Counted from the first letter of the stretch, positions 1 to 8,111 are shown. The stretch is 32,000 bases of DNA from Geobacter metallireducens GS-15 (GCF_000012925.1 NC_007517.1:330001-362000), one strand, 5' to 3'. The notes: generated by a model not told the origin, from the letters alone. Numbers and translations: made by a program.

Positions 1-4
1 CGGA

Positions 5-1471
5 TCAGAACCGGACCTGCACGCCGTAGGGGTCCTTGATCTCCACCTTCGGGTCAAACGTCAGCTTCTTCTCGCCCCGTTGATCCAGGTACTTGTTCAG
101 CTCCAGGTTGACGGTGAGCGGCACATCGACGCCGGCCTTGGCCAGGGCCTGACGGAGCAGGGCCTCGGCCTTGGTGGCGAAGGCGGTGGCGTCCCCCAGC
201 ACCCGCATGGCCTCGGTGGGGTTGTGGAAGCCGACGGAGTTTTCGGCGCCGATGAAGACGCAGCGGTAGAAGGCTTCCTCATAGAGATCTTTCGCCCGGT
301 CGTAGAGGGCCTTGTCGATCTGTTTTCCCTGGGCCTGGGCGGCATGGGCCTTCTCGAAGAGTTTGGCCACGGTTGCGGTGGCGTAGCCGGAGCGGAGCAT
401 GAGGGAGACGGTCCGGTCCTGGATGGCGATGACCTGATCCCGGAGCCATTCGGGTTTTTCGGTGTGGCATTGGATGCAGGCCTTCATGTCATTCTTCAGG
501 GGACTCATGACCCGGTGGTCCGATACCTTGAAGGCGCCGACCCGGGTGTAGGGCATATGACAGTCGGTGCAGGCCGCCCCGGCCTTCCAGTGGACGCTGT
601 TGTTGGAGAAGAGCTCATACTCGGGGTGGCGGATGAATCCCAGCTTGAAGCCGGTGACTGTCTGCGTCCACTCCCCCACGCTGGCATCGCTGCGGATCTG
701 CTTGATGATGTTCTCGACGGAGATGTTGCCCATCTTGCTTCCCTGCCAGGGGAAGTAGACTCCGATCGACTTCTTGTCGGCGTCCTTGGGAATATTGTAG
801 GTGACGTGGCACTGGGCGCAGACGAGGCTCCGCATCTCCTGGCGGGACAGCTTCGCCTGGTCGACCCCCAGCTTCTTCAGGGCCTCTCCGAGGGTGAAGC
901 CTCGGGAAATCCTGAGACTCATGTCCTTGTTGTCGTGGCAGTCGATGCAGGCCACCCCGAGGGTCTTATGCTTTTCGGGAATCTTGGCGAGGACATCCTT
1001 GAAGGGGGTCTTGAAGTAGTCGATCCCCATCTCCTTTTCGAGTTTGGGCGCGTAGGGGGTCTTGCAGGTGAGGCAGACGCCCCCCGACTTGAGGCGGGCC
1101 GAGTCGATCTCCAACTGGTCTCGCACCATGTTGGCGTGGCCCCGGGGCTCGTTGTAGGCGATGCCGAACCCCCAGCCGTTGAAGAGGAGTGCCATGTAGG
1201 GGAACTCGGAGAGCTTGTCGTAGGTGACGTGGTCGGCGTCGAAGCCCCGCTTGTACTTGCTCTTGCCAGGAGGCTCCGGCTCCTCGGTCTTTTTCCACAT
1301 TTCGTATTCGGTCGGATAGGCCTTGCCCCAGACGGCCGGGTCGACTTCGCCATCGGGGATCTGGACCGTCTTTACCGGCTGGGCTTTCTCCGGGGCGCAT
1401 CCCCCGAGGACAAACAGGGTTGCCGCGGCAGCCAGCGCGATCAGGGGTGCAACAGGATTCAGTCGTCTCAT
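5..1471 (-). CDS. nrfA: Pentaheme cytochrome c nitrite reductase NrfA, copy 1 (probable lipoprotein, periplasmic)
   Basis: ORF 5..1780 trimmed to the ATG at 1469-1471, which is preceded by AGGAGG. Signal peptide MRRLNPVAPLIALAAAATLFVLGGC. Active-site heme motif CLTCK plus CIDCH, CAQCH, CTDCH and CIQCH. Confidence 0.93.
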   Translation of the reverse strand: MRRLNPVAPLIALAAAATLFVLGGCAPEKAQPVKTVQIPDGEVDPAVWGKAYPTEYEMWKKTEEPEPPGKSKYKRGFDADHVTYDKLSEFPYMALLFNGWGFGIAYNEPRGHANMVRDQLEIDSARLKSGGVCLTCKTPYAPKLEKEMGIDYFKTPFKDVLAKIPEKHKTLGVACIDCHDNKDMSLRISRGFTLGEALKKLGVDQAKLSRQEMRSLVCAQCHVTYNIPKDADKKSIGVYFPWQGSKMGNISVENIIKQIRSDASVGEWTQTVTGFKLGFIRHPEYELFSNNSVHWKAGAACTDCHMPYTRVGAFKVSDHRVMSPLKNDMKACIQCHTEKPEWLRDQVIAIQDRTVSLMLRSGYATATVAKLFEKAHAAQAQGKQIDKALYDRAKDLYEEAFYRCVFIGAENSVGFHNPTEAMRVLGDATAFATKAEALLRQALAKAGVDVPLTVNLELNKYLDQRGEKKLTFDPKVEIKDPYGVQVRF

Positions 1472-1482
1472 TGTTGAGCCTC

Positions 1483-1953
1483 CTATAAGGTTTCCATGGC
1501 CCCGCTCCGCGTGTGGGAGACGCGGCGGTGGCATTTCCAGCATTGGCGTTCGGTATCGATGTGGGTCACGGTGGTGTCGTGGCAGCGGACGCAGTTCTTC
1601 TGGAGAACCTCTTCTCCGTGCTTCGAGAGCCTGATGATCTCCGGCACGTGTCCCGAATAGAAGAAGATGGCGTCCTTCGCGCCGTCGATGGATTTCCAGA
1701 TATAGTGGACCGCGAGGTTCTCGTTGGGGAGGTGGCAGTCGACGCACTTGACCCGCCGGTGGGCACCGGTGTGGATCCATGCCTCGTATTCATTTTCCAT
1801 GGGGTGGCACCCGACGCAGAAGTCGGGGGTGTCCGATTTGGCCAGCAGCTTCGGCGGCCCGAAAAGCACGAAGAGCGCCACCGCTGCTACGATTACGCCG
1901 ATCGCCAGGTAGATGGCCTGGTTTCCGGTCCCGGGCAATCCCATATCGTTCAC
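1483..1953 (-). CDS. nrfH: Tetraheme cytochrome c quinol dehydrogenase NrfH (NapC/NirT family)
   Basis: 156 aa with an N-terminal TM helix (AIYLAIGVIVAAVALFVLF) and four CXXCH motifs (CVGCH, CVDCH, CVRCH, CWKCH). Ends 11 nt upstream of the nrfA start. Confidence 0.9.
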   Translation of the reverse strand: MNDMGLPGTGNQAIYLAIGVIVAAVALFVLFGPPKLLAKSDTPDFCVGCHPMENEYEAWIHTGAHRRVKCVDCHLPNENLAVHYIWKSIDGAKDAIFFYSGHVPEIIRLSKHGEEVLQKNCVRCHDTTVTHIDTERQCWKCHRRVSHTRSGAMETL

Positions 1954-2040
1954 CTCCTCTTGGTGATGTGCCGATTGTAATGATATGTGACTAACAGTAT
2001 ATCTTCCAATCTTCGCCTCGCAACGGTGAAATTCTTCCCC

Positions 2041-2054
2041 TTGACTTATGTCAA
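2041..2054. promoter_or_regulatory. CRP/FNR-family type palindrome TTGACttatGTCAA in the divergent nrfH / nrfA2 intergenic region
   Basis: Perfect 5-N4-5 inverted repeat. A -10-like TATTCT at 2076-2081 begins 28.5 nt from the box centre, which matches class II activator geometry for nrfA2. Confidence 0.5.
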
Positions 2055-2234
2055 AGCGACTAATTGAAGAGGTCGTATTCTAATGAAGGTCGGACGCTCA
2101 CGTCAGGGAGCCACCGGCACATCCGGGGTCTGGACTGCTCCCGGCAGCTGCGGTACATTTTGTCGGCACATGATGAAAGGGGCAGGACCAGAGGATGCAA
2201 ATCTCCCACGAAAGGAGCAAGAGAGGTGAATGAA

Positions 2235-3692
2235 ATGCTGATGAGTAATGTGAAGCGGTGGGCCGCCGTCACGGCTTTTACCGCAATGGCGGCGGTCGGT
2301 ACGGGGTGTGCCCCGAAAAAGGTGGAACAGGACAAATCGGCGAGCGTCGCCGACGGGACCATCGATCCGGCCGGATGGAAAAAGGCCTATCCGGCCCAGT
2401 ACGAGCTCTGGAAGAAGACCGAGGAGCCGACCCCGACGGGCAAAAGCCGTTACAAGAAGGGGTATGACGAGGACGGGGTTTTCTACGACAAGCTGGATGA
2501 GTACCCCTTCCTGGCGCTCCTTTACAACGGCTGGGGGTTCGGCGTCGAGTACAAGGAGCCCCGGGGTCACGCCTACATGATCCATGACCAGTTCGAGGTG
2601 GACCCGGCACGGCTCAAGGCTGGCGGCTCCTGCCTCACCTGCAAGACCCCCTATGCGCCGGAGCTGCAGCAGCGGCTCGGCAAGGACTACTTCTCGAAGC
2701 CCTATAAGGAAGTTCACGCCCAGATTCCCAAGGAACACCAGATGCTCGGTGTGACCTGCATCGACTGTCACAACGGCAGTGACCTGTCGCTGAAGATCTC
2801 CCGCGGCTTCACCCTCGGCAAGGCCCTGGAGAAGCTCGGCGTCGACCGGGCCAAGCTCTCGGCCCAGGACAAGCGGACCCTTGTCTGTGCCCAGTGCCAC
2901 GTCACCTACGCCATCCCCAAGGATGGGAACATGAAATCCACGGACGTCTACTTCCCCTGGGACGGCAGCACCTACGGCGGCATCACCATCGAGAATATCA
3001 TCAAAAAGCTCCGGAGCAGTCCGGCCAACGGCGAGTGGACCCAGGGAGTGACCGGCTTCAAACTGGCCTTTATCCGCCACCCCGAGTTCGAGCTTTTCTC
3101 CAACAACAGCCCCCACTGGCAGGCGGGTGTCTCCTGCGCCGACTGCCACATGCCTTCTACTACCGCGGGGAATCAGAAGGTTTCCGACCACCGGGTCATG
3201 AGCCCCCTGAAGAACGACCTCAAGGCCTGCGCCCAGTGCCACACCGAGACCCCGGACCAGCTCCGCGGCAAGGTCTACGCCATCCAGGACCGCACCATGT
3301 CCCGGTTTATTCGGACGGGCTATGCCACCGCCACCGTGGCCAAGCTCTTCGAGATGACCAATAAGGCCGAGGCCCAGGGGAAACAGATCGATAAGACCCT
3401 CTACGCCCAGGCCAAGGACCACTACGAAGAGGCCTTCTACCGGGTGGTCTTTATCGGCGCCGAGAACTCGGTTGGCTTCCACAACCCGACCGAGGCCACG
3501 CGGGTGCTGGAAGATGCGGCCATGCACGCTGGCAAGGCCGACGGGCTCCTGCGGCAGGCCCTGGCCAAGGCAGGGGTGACGGTTCCCGCAAAGGTCGACC
3601 TGGAACTGGAGAAGTACGTGAACAATCGCGGAAGCAAGAAGTTGATGTTCAAGCCCGAGCACGAGATCAAAGACCCCCTTGCGGGGAAGTAA
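2235..3692 (+). CDS. nrfA: Pentaheme cytochrome c nitrite reductase NrfA, copy 2 (paralog, no adjacent nrfH)
   Basis: ORF 2064..3692 trimmed to the ATG at 2235, which follows AAAGGAG/GAGAGGTG. Signal peptide MLMSNVKRWAAVTAFTAMAAVGTGC. Heme motifs CLTCK, CIDCH, CAQCH, CADCH, CAQCH. Colinear with copy 1 along its whole length. Confidence 0.9.
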   Translation: MLMSNVKRWAAVTAFTAMAAVGTGCAPKKVEQDKSASVADGTIDPAGWKKAYPAQYELWKKTEEPTPTGKSRYKKGYDEDGVFYDKLDEYPFLALLYNGWGFGVEYKEPRGHAYMIHDQFEVDPARLKAGGSCLTCKTPYAPELQQRLGKDYFSKPYKEVHAQIPKEHQMLGVTCIDCHNGSDLSLKISRGFTLGKALEKLGVDRAKLSAQDKRTLVCAQCHVTYAIPKDGNMKSTDVYFPWDGSTYGGITIENIIKKLRSSPANGEWTQGVTGFKLAFIRHPEFELFSNNSPHWQAGVSCADCHMPSTTAGNQKVSDHRVMSPLKNDLKACAQCHTETPDQLRGKVYAIQDRTMSRFIRTGYATATVAKLFEMTNKAEAQGKQIDKTLYAQAKDHYEEAFYRVVFIGAENSVGFHNPTEATRVLEDAAMHAGKADGLLRQALAKAGVTVPAKVDLELEKYVNNRGSKKLMFKPEHEIKDPLAGK

Positions 3693-3710
3693 AGAATATG
3701 GGAATGGGAA

Positions 3711-3749
3711 CCGGAGCCGGTAGAGCAATCTGCCGGCTCCGGCCTTTTT
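3711..3749 (+). terminator. Rho-independent terminator after nrfA2
   Basis: 10-bp perfect stem CCGGAGCCGG (3711-3720) / CCGGCTCCGG (3733-3742), a 12-nt loop, then CCTTTTTCC. Confidence 0.7.
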
Positions 3750-3764
3750 CCGAACGAGGTACCA

Positions 3765-4772
3765 ATGAACAAACCGAATTTCCACTCACGCATCCCCACT
3801 TGGCGAGCCCTGGTCCAGTGGGGCTTTTTCGCCTGGGTAGTCGTCATCGGCATCCGCTTCGGCGCCTTTGTCCGCCACTTCGAGACAGGGGGAGCCACCC
3901 CGCTGGTCACCCGGCCGCCGGGGGTGGAGGGGTTCCTTCCCATCGGCGCCCTGGCCAGCACGAAGCTCTGGCTCGCCACGGGGACCGTCAATCCGGTCCA
4001 CCCCGCGGCGCTGGTCATCTTCCTCACCATCGTCGGCATGAGCCTGGTGGCGAAAAAATCGTTCTGCTCCTGGCTCTGCCCGGTGGGGACCCTTTCGGAA
4101 GCGGCCTGGAAGCTGGGGCAGCGCCTCTTCGGGCGTAATTTTCGCGTCTGGCCCTGGCTCGACGCGGCGCTGCGGGGGGTGAAGTACCTCCTCCTGCTCT
4201 TCTTCGTGAAACTCATCCTCATCGATATGCCGGCCTTGGCCCTGTCGGCCTTTCTCGACGCCCCCTACTGGGCCGTGAGCGACGTGAAGATGCTCCACTT
4301 CTTCACACGGATGTCGGTCACGACGGTGGTGGTTCTGGCCGTCCTCACGGGGCTGTCGCTCCTCTACAGGAACGCCTGGTGCCGCTACCTCTGCCCCTAC
4401 GGCGCACTCCTGGGGGTGGCGAGCTACCTGAGCCCCTTCAAGATCCGGCGCGATACGGCCGGCTGCACCGGCTGCCGCGGCTGCAGCCGGGCCTGCCCGT
4501 CCGGGCTCCCAGTCCATGAGAAGGAAACGGTCATCTCCGCCGAGTGCACCGGCTGCCTTACCTGCGTGGCCAGCTGTCCCGAGCGTGACGTGCTCCGGAT
4601 GGCGCCCCCTTTCTGGCGCCGCCCCCTTCCCGCCTGGGTCTTCCCGGCCCTGGTGGTGCTCCTCTTCGTCGCCGGCATCGGCACCGGCATGGCCACCGGG
4701 AACTGGCACAGCTCCCTTTCCGCCGACGACTATCGCCGGCTCATACCGATGGTGCCGTACCTGAGCCATTGA
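3765..4772 (+). CDS. Integral membrane 4Fe-4S polyferredoxin (NapH/YccM/NosR-like)
   Basis: 335 aa with several hydrophobic helices. Two CxxxCP motifs (CSWLCPVG, CRYLCPYG) and two ferredoxin motifs (CTGCRGCSRACP, CTGCLTCVASCP). GAGG lies 6 nt before the ATG. Confidence 0.8.
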   Translation: MNKPNFHSRIPTWRALVQWGFFAWVVVIGIRFGAFVRHFETGGATPLVTRPPGVEGFLPIGALASTKLWLATGTVNPVHPAALVIFLTIVGMSLVAKKSFCSWLCPVGTLSEAAWKLGQRLFGRNFRVWPWLDAALRGVKYLLLLFFVKLILIDMPALALSAFLDAPYWAVSDVKMLHFFTRMSVTTVVVLAVLTGLSLLYRNAWCRYLCPYGALLGVASYLSPFKIRRDTAGCTGCRGCSRACPSGLPVHEKETVISAECTGCLTCVASCPERDVLRMAPPFWRRPLPAWVFPALVVLLFVAGIGTGMATGNWHSSLSADDYRRLIPMVPYLSH

Positions 4773-4795
4773 GGCTGCAATAAATTCGGCACAGC

Positions 4796-4809
4796 TTGAC
4801 GCAGGTCAA
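4796..4809. promoter_or_regulatory. Second CRP/FNR-family type palindrome TTGACgcagGTCAA upstream of the PAS gene
   Basis: Same half-sites as the box at 2041-2054. A -10-like TAAGGT at 4833-4838 starts about 30 nt from the box centre. The PAS gene ATG is at 4861 and is preceded by AGGAGG. Confidence 0.5.
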
Positions 4810-4860
4810 GGAACAGGTACCGTATTATCTCGTAAGGTAGCAAAAACAGGAGGTGGTCCC

Positions 4861-5310
4861 ATGCCAGACACTACGAACGACAAGCTCTTGCGCCTCATCG
4901 CTGAAGGAGTCCCCGACGCCGTCATCTTCGCCGACCGGGAAGGAATTGTCCGGATCTGGAGCCCCGGGGCCGAGCGGATGTTCGGCTTCACCGCCGCCGA
5001 GGCGGTTGGGCAGTCCCTGGACCTCATCATCCCCGAGAACCTCCGGGCCCGGCACTGGGAAGGGTACCGCAGGGTCATGGAAACAGGAGAAACCCACTAC
5101 GGGACAAAGCTCCTGTCGGCACCGGCCCTGTGCAGCGCCGGCGGCCGCATCTCCACCGAGTTCTCCATGGCGCTCGTGCGCGACTGCGAGGGAGCCATGG
5201 CCGGCAGCGGCGCCATCATCCGCGACGTGACCGAGCGCTGGCAGAAGGAAAAGGCCATGAAGGAGCGGTTGGCGGAGCTGGAGCGGCACGAGGCGGAGAG
5301 GAACGGGTAG
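4861..5310 (+). CDS. Stand-alone PAS domain protein (no output domain)
   Basis: 149 aa. PAS S-box-like core (DAVIFADREGIVRIWSPGAERMFGFTAAEAVGQSLDLIIP ... IIRDVTER) followed by a short coiled C-terminus. Strong RBS. Confidence 0.8.
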   Translation: MPDTTNDKLLRLIAEGVPDAVIFADREGIVRIWSPGAERMFGFTAAEAVGQSLDLIIPENLRARHWEGYRRVMETGETHYGTKLLSAPALCSAGGRISTEFSMALVRDCEGAMAGSGAIIRDVTERWQKEKAMKERLAELERHEAERNG

Positions 5311-5399
5311 GTGGAATACTTCATTGCAGCACATGTCCTCTGCTGGGGGCTCGTGGCGGTCGTCGCTCTTTTCCGACCGCTATACGGCGAAAGCGACCG

Positions 5400-5927
5400 A
5401 TGAAGCGTCGGATCGTGCAACTTCCCCGCAAGATGAGGGGGCGGGGGGGACGGCCCTCCTCGCCCCCTTTGTCGCTTAAGTACGCCATCTGGGGTGTTCT
5501 GAGCAGTACGGTGGGAATCCTTGCCATTTTCGCCGCGACCCGCATGGCGGGACACCCCTACCTGATCGGCTCCTTCGGGGCTTCGGCGGTACTCCTCTTT
5601 GGTGCCCCAGATGCAACCTTCGCCCAGCCCCGTAACCTGATAGGAGGGCAACTCCTTTCCGCCGCCGTTGCCGTGGTGGTGGTGGCCTGCGGCGGAAGCG
5701 GCCCCGTGGCCATTGCCCTGGCGGTGGGGCTGGCGAACCTCCTCATGTATGTCACCCGAACCGTCCATCCTCCGGGGGGCGCCATTGCCCTCCTCGGGGT
5801 GCAGGGGCACGTGGGGGCCTCCTACCTCATCGACCCGATCCTTGTGGGAGTACTGATCCTCCTGACGGTCGCTCTTTTCACCAACAATATCGTCCACCAC
5901 CGGCAGTATCCCAAGTACTGGTGGTAA
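5400..5927 (+). CDS. HPP family integral membrane protein
   Basis: ORF 5130..5927 trimmed to the ATG at 5400. About four hydrophobic helices and the family signature VHPPGGA. Start is uncertain; ATG 5433 is an alternative. Confidence 0.78.
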   Translation: MKRRIVQLPRKMRGRGGRPSSPPLSLKYAIWGVLSSTVGILAIFAATRMAGHPYLIGSFGASAVLLFGAPDATFAQPRNLIGGQLLSAAVAVVVVACGGSGPVAIALAVGLANLLMYVTRTVHPPGGAIALLGVQGHVGASYLIDPILVGVLILLTVALFTNNIVHHRQYPKYWW

Positions 5928-5989
5928 TGGTGGCGGCGACGAGTCAAAATACCTTTGACTCCCCCCGTTCCCCCCTTTACAATTTCACC

Positions 5990-7105
5990 ATGGATATCCG
6001 GCCCCTGTCAGACGTCGCCGGCGTGATCCTCGTCGGCGGCCGGAGCCGCCGCATGGGGCGCGACAAGGCGCTCATCCCCCTTGGGGGGAAACCCCTCGTG
6101 GAGCGGGTCATCGATGCCTTTCGCCCCCTCTTCGAGCGGATTCTCCTCGTGGGTGACCGCGGAGAGCGGTTCGCATCCTACGGTCTGCCGGTCTTTCCCG
6201 ATATCCATCCTGGAAGCGCTCTGGGCGGTCTCTACACCGGCCTGGTCCGGGCCGGGACTCCCCATGTGTTCGTCTCGGCCTGTGACGTGCCGTGGCCTGA
6301 CCCGCGGGTGATCGCGCGGCTCTGTTCCCTGCGGGAAGGGTTCGACGTGGTGGTGCCCCGCACTGTGGGGGGAAGCGAACCCCTCTTCGCCGTCTACGGC
6401 ACCGGATGTCTCCCGGCCATGGAGCGGATGCTCCGGGAGGGGAACTACCGGATCTACGATTTTTATCCCGAGGTGCGGACCCGCTACGTGGAACAGGCGG
6501 AGCTGGCTGACCTGGTGACGCCGGCGCGGACCTTCGTCAACGTCAACACCCCGGAAGAGTTTGAAACCATTCGAAACAGGGAGGAAGGGATGGCAATCAA
6601 GGCGGTATCGTTCGTGGCTAAATCGGGGACCGGCAAGACGACCCTCCTCGAAAAGGTGATTGCGGAGCTGAAGGGCCGGGGATACCGGATCGGGGTCATC
6701 AAGCACGACGCCCACCGCTTCGATATCGACCATCCGGGAAAGGATTCCCACCGCCTCGCCGCGGCCGGGGCCGACACCATGCTCATCGCCTCGCCGGAGA
6801 AACTGGCGCTGGTGAAGAAGTATGATGAATCCCCCCCTCTCGATGAGCTCCTCGCCACCTACTTCGGCGATGTGGACATCGTCCTGACCGAGGGATTCAA
6901 GAAGAGCAGCCTGCCGAAGATCGAGGTGCACCGGATGGAACGGAGCGCCACGCTCCTCTGCCGGGGCGAGGAGCACGACCCCACCCTCGTGGCCGTGGCC
7001 AGCGACGCGGCCCTGGCGTTGGACGTGCCGGTCTTTGACCTGAACAATCCCGCCCAGGTGGCCGACTTTGTGGAGCGGACGTTCCTTGCCGCGGGTGCAG
7101 CCTGA
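5990..7105 (+). CDS. mobA-mobB: Fused molybdenum cofactor guanylyltransferase MobA / MobB
   Basis: The N-terminal half (VILVGGRSRRMGRDKALIPLGGKPL) is MobA-like. The C-terminal half (VAKSGTGKTTLLEKV ... IKHDAHRFDIDHPGKDS) is MobB-like with a Walker A motif. Both lie in a single frame. Start is uncertain (GTG 5921, ATG 5927, ATG 5990). Confidence 0.85.
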   Translation: MDIRPLSDVAGVILVGGRSRRMGRDKALIPLGGKPLVERVIDAFRPLFERILLVGDRGERFASYGLPVFPDIHPGSALGGLYTGLVRAGTPHVFVSACDVPWPDPRVIARLCSLREGFDVVVPRTVGGSEPLFAVYGTGCLPAMERMLREGNYRIYDFYPEVRTRYVEQAELADLVTPARTFVNVNTPEEFETIRNREEGMAIKAVSFVAKSGTGKTTLLEKVIAELKGRGYRIGVIKHDAHRFDIDHPGKDSHRLAAAGADTMLIASPEKLALVKKYDESPPLDELLATYFGDVDIVLTEGFKKSSLPKIEVHRMERSATLLCRGEEHDPTLVAVASDAALALDVPVFDLNNPAQVADFVERTFLAAGAA

Positions 7106-7130
7106 TGGATGGCATCTTTCGAGGAAACCG

Positions 7131-8111
7131 ATGAAACTCGTTGACAGCCACGGGCGGAGGATCAACTATCTCCGCCTCTCGGTCACCGACCGCTGCAACC
7201 TCCGCTGCCGCTACTGCATGCCGGCCGAGGGGGTGGAGATGTTGAGCCACGGCGAAATTCTCTCCTACGAGGAACTCTCCCGGATTGCCCGGGCCGCGGT
7301 GGCCATCGGCATCGAGAAGATCCGGATCACCGGCGGCGAACCCCTGGTCCGCAGGGGGATCGTGCCGTTCCTGGCCGGAATCGCGGCGCTGCCGGGACTG
7401 CGGCAGCTGGTCCTCACCACCAACGGCATCCTCCTGCCGGAGATGGCGGCGGATCTGCGCCGGGCCGGGGTCCAACGCCTCAACATCAGCCTCGATTCCC
7501 TGAAACCGGAGACGTTCCGCGACATCACCCGCACCGGCAATGTGGAGCGGGTCCTGGCCGGCATCGACGCGGCCGTGGTTGCCGGCTTTCCCCCCCCGAA
7601 GATCAACATGGTGGTGATGCGCGGGGTGAACGACGACGAGGTGGTGGATTTCGCTCGCCTCACCCTCGACCACCCCTACACGGTCCGCTTCATCGAATAC
7701 ATGCCGGCCACCCGGGAGGAAAACTGGCAACGGCTCTGCATCCCGGCCCAGGAGGTCCTCGACCGGATAGCCGCCAGCCACGAACTGGAGCCGGTGGAAA
7801 GGGGGGCCATGGCCGGCCCGTCGCGGGATTTCCGCATCCGCGGCGCCGTCGGGACCATCGGGGTCATCTCCGCTGTTTCGGGGCACTTCTGCGGTGAATG
7901 CAACCGGATCCGTGTCACCTCCACCGGCATGGCCAAGAGTTGCCTCTTTTCCGACGAGGGGCTTGACCTGAAACCGTTTCTGGGAGAGAACGCCCCGCCG
8001 GTGCTGGAGGATGCTCTGCGGCGGCTGGTGGGATGCAAGCCGGCACGCCATGGGATGGATGGGGAGAAGGTGGAGCATGCGGCCTTCTCCATGGCGAAGG
8101 TGGGGGGATAA
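7131..8111 (+). CDS. moaA: GTP 3',8-cyclase MoaA (radical SAM)
   Basis: MKLVDSHGRRINYLRLSVTDRCNLRCRYCMP matches the radical SAM CX3CX2C motif. C-terminal CGECNRIRVTSTG. GAGGAA RBS before the ATG at 7131. Confidence 0.93.
   Translation: MKLVDSHGRRINYLRLSVTDRCNLRCRYCMPAEGVEMLSHGEILSYEELSRIARAAVAIGIEKIRITGGEPLVRRGIVPFLAGIAALPGLRQLVLTTNGILLPEMAADLRRAGVQRLNISLDSLKPETFRDITRTGNVERVLAGIDAAVVAGFPPPKINMVVMRGVNDDEVVDFARLTLDHPYTVRFIEYMPATREENWQRLCIPAQEVLDRIAASHELEPVERGAMAGPSRDFRIRGAVGTIGVISAVSGHFCGECNRIRVTSTGMAKSCLFSDEGLDLKPFLGENAPPVLEDALRRLVGCKPARHGMDGEKVEHAAFSMAKVGG

Noticed and set aside
80-1477. 465-aa plus-strand ORF opposite nrfA, together with several shorter ORFs in 97-1634
   Set aside because: It is antisense to a gene with unmistakable NrfA motifs. 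The translation is low-complexity and G/A/V/L/E-rich, typical of shadow frames in high-GC DNA, and it has no RBS.
1472-1780. N-terminal extension of the nrfA ORF (591 aa version), and similarly 2064-2234 for nrfA2
   Set aside because: The extension overlaps nrfH in another frame and is Arg/Pro-rich. The internal ATG has a strong RBS and is followed by a signal peptide.
2103-4769. Long minus-strand ORFs 2103..3785 (560 aa) and 3786..4769 (327 aa)
   Set aside because: They are antisense shadows of nrfA2 and the polyferredoxin gene, with no motifs and repetitive G/A/R/P composition.
5921-5989. GTG 5921 or ATG 5927 as the start of mobA-mobB
   Set aside because: The MobA fold begins around VILVGGRSRRMG, and the upstream residues have no family counterpart. 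They cannot be excluded, so the start is only moderately confident.
6008-8078. Minus-strand ORFs 6008..7165 (385 aa) and 6897..8078 (393 aa)
   Set aside because: They are antisense to mobAB and moaA, which have clear catalytic motifs, and show shadow-frame composition.
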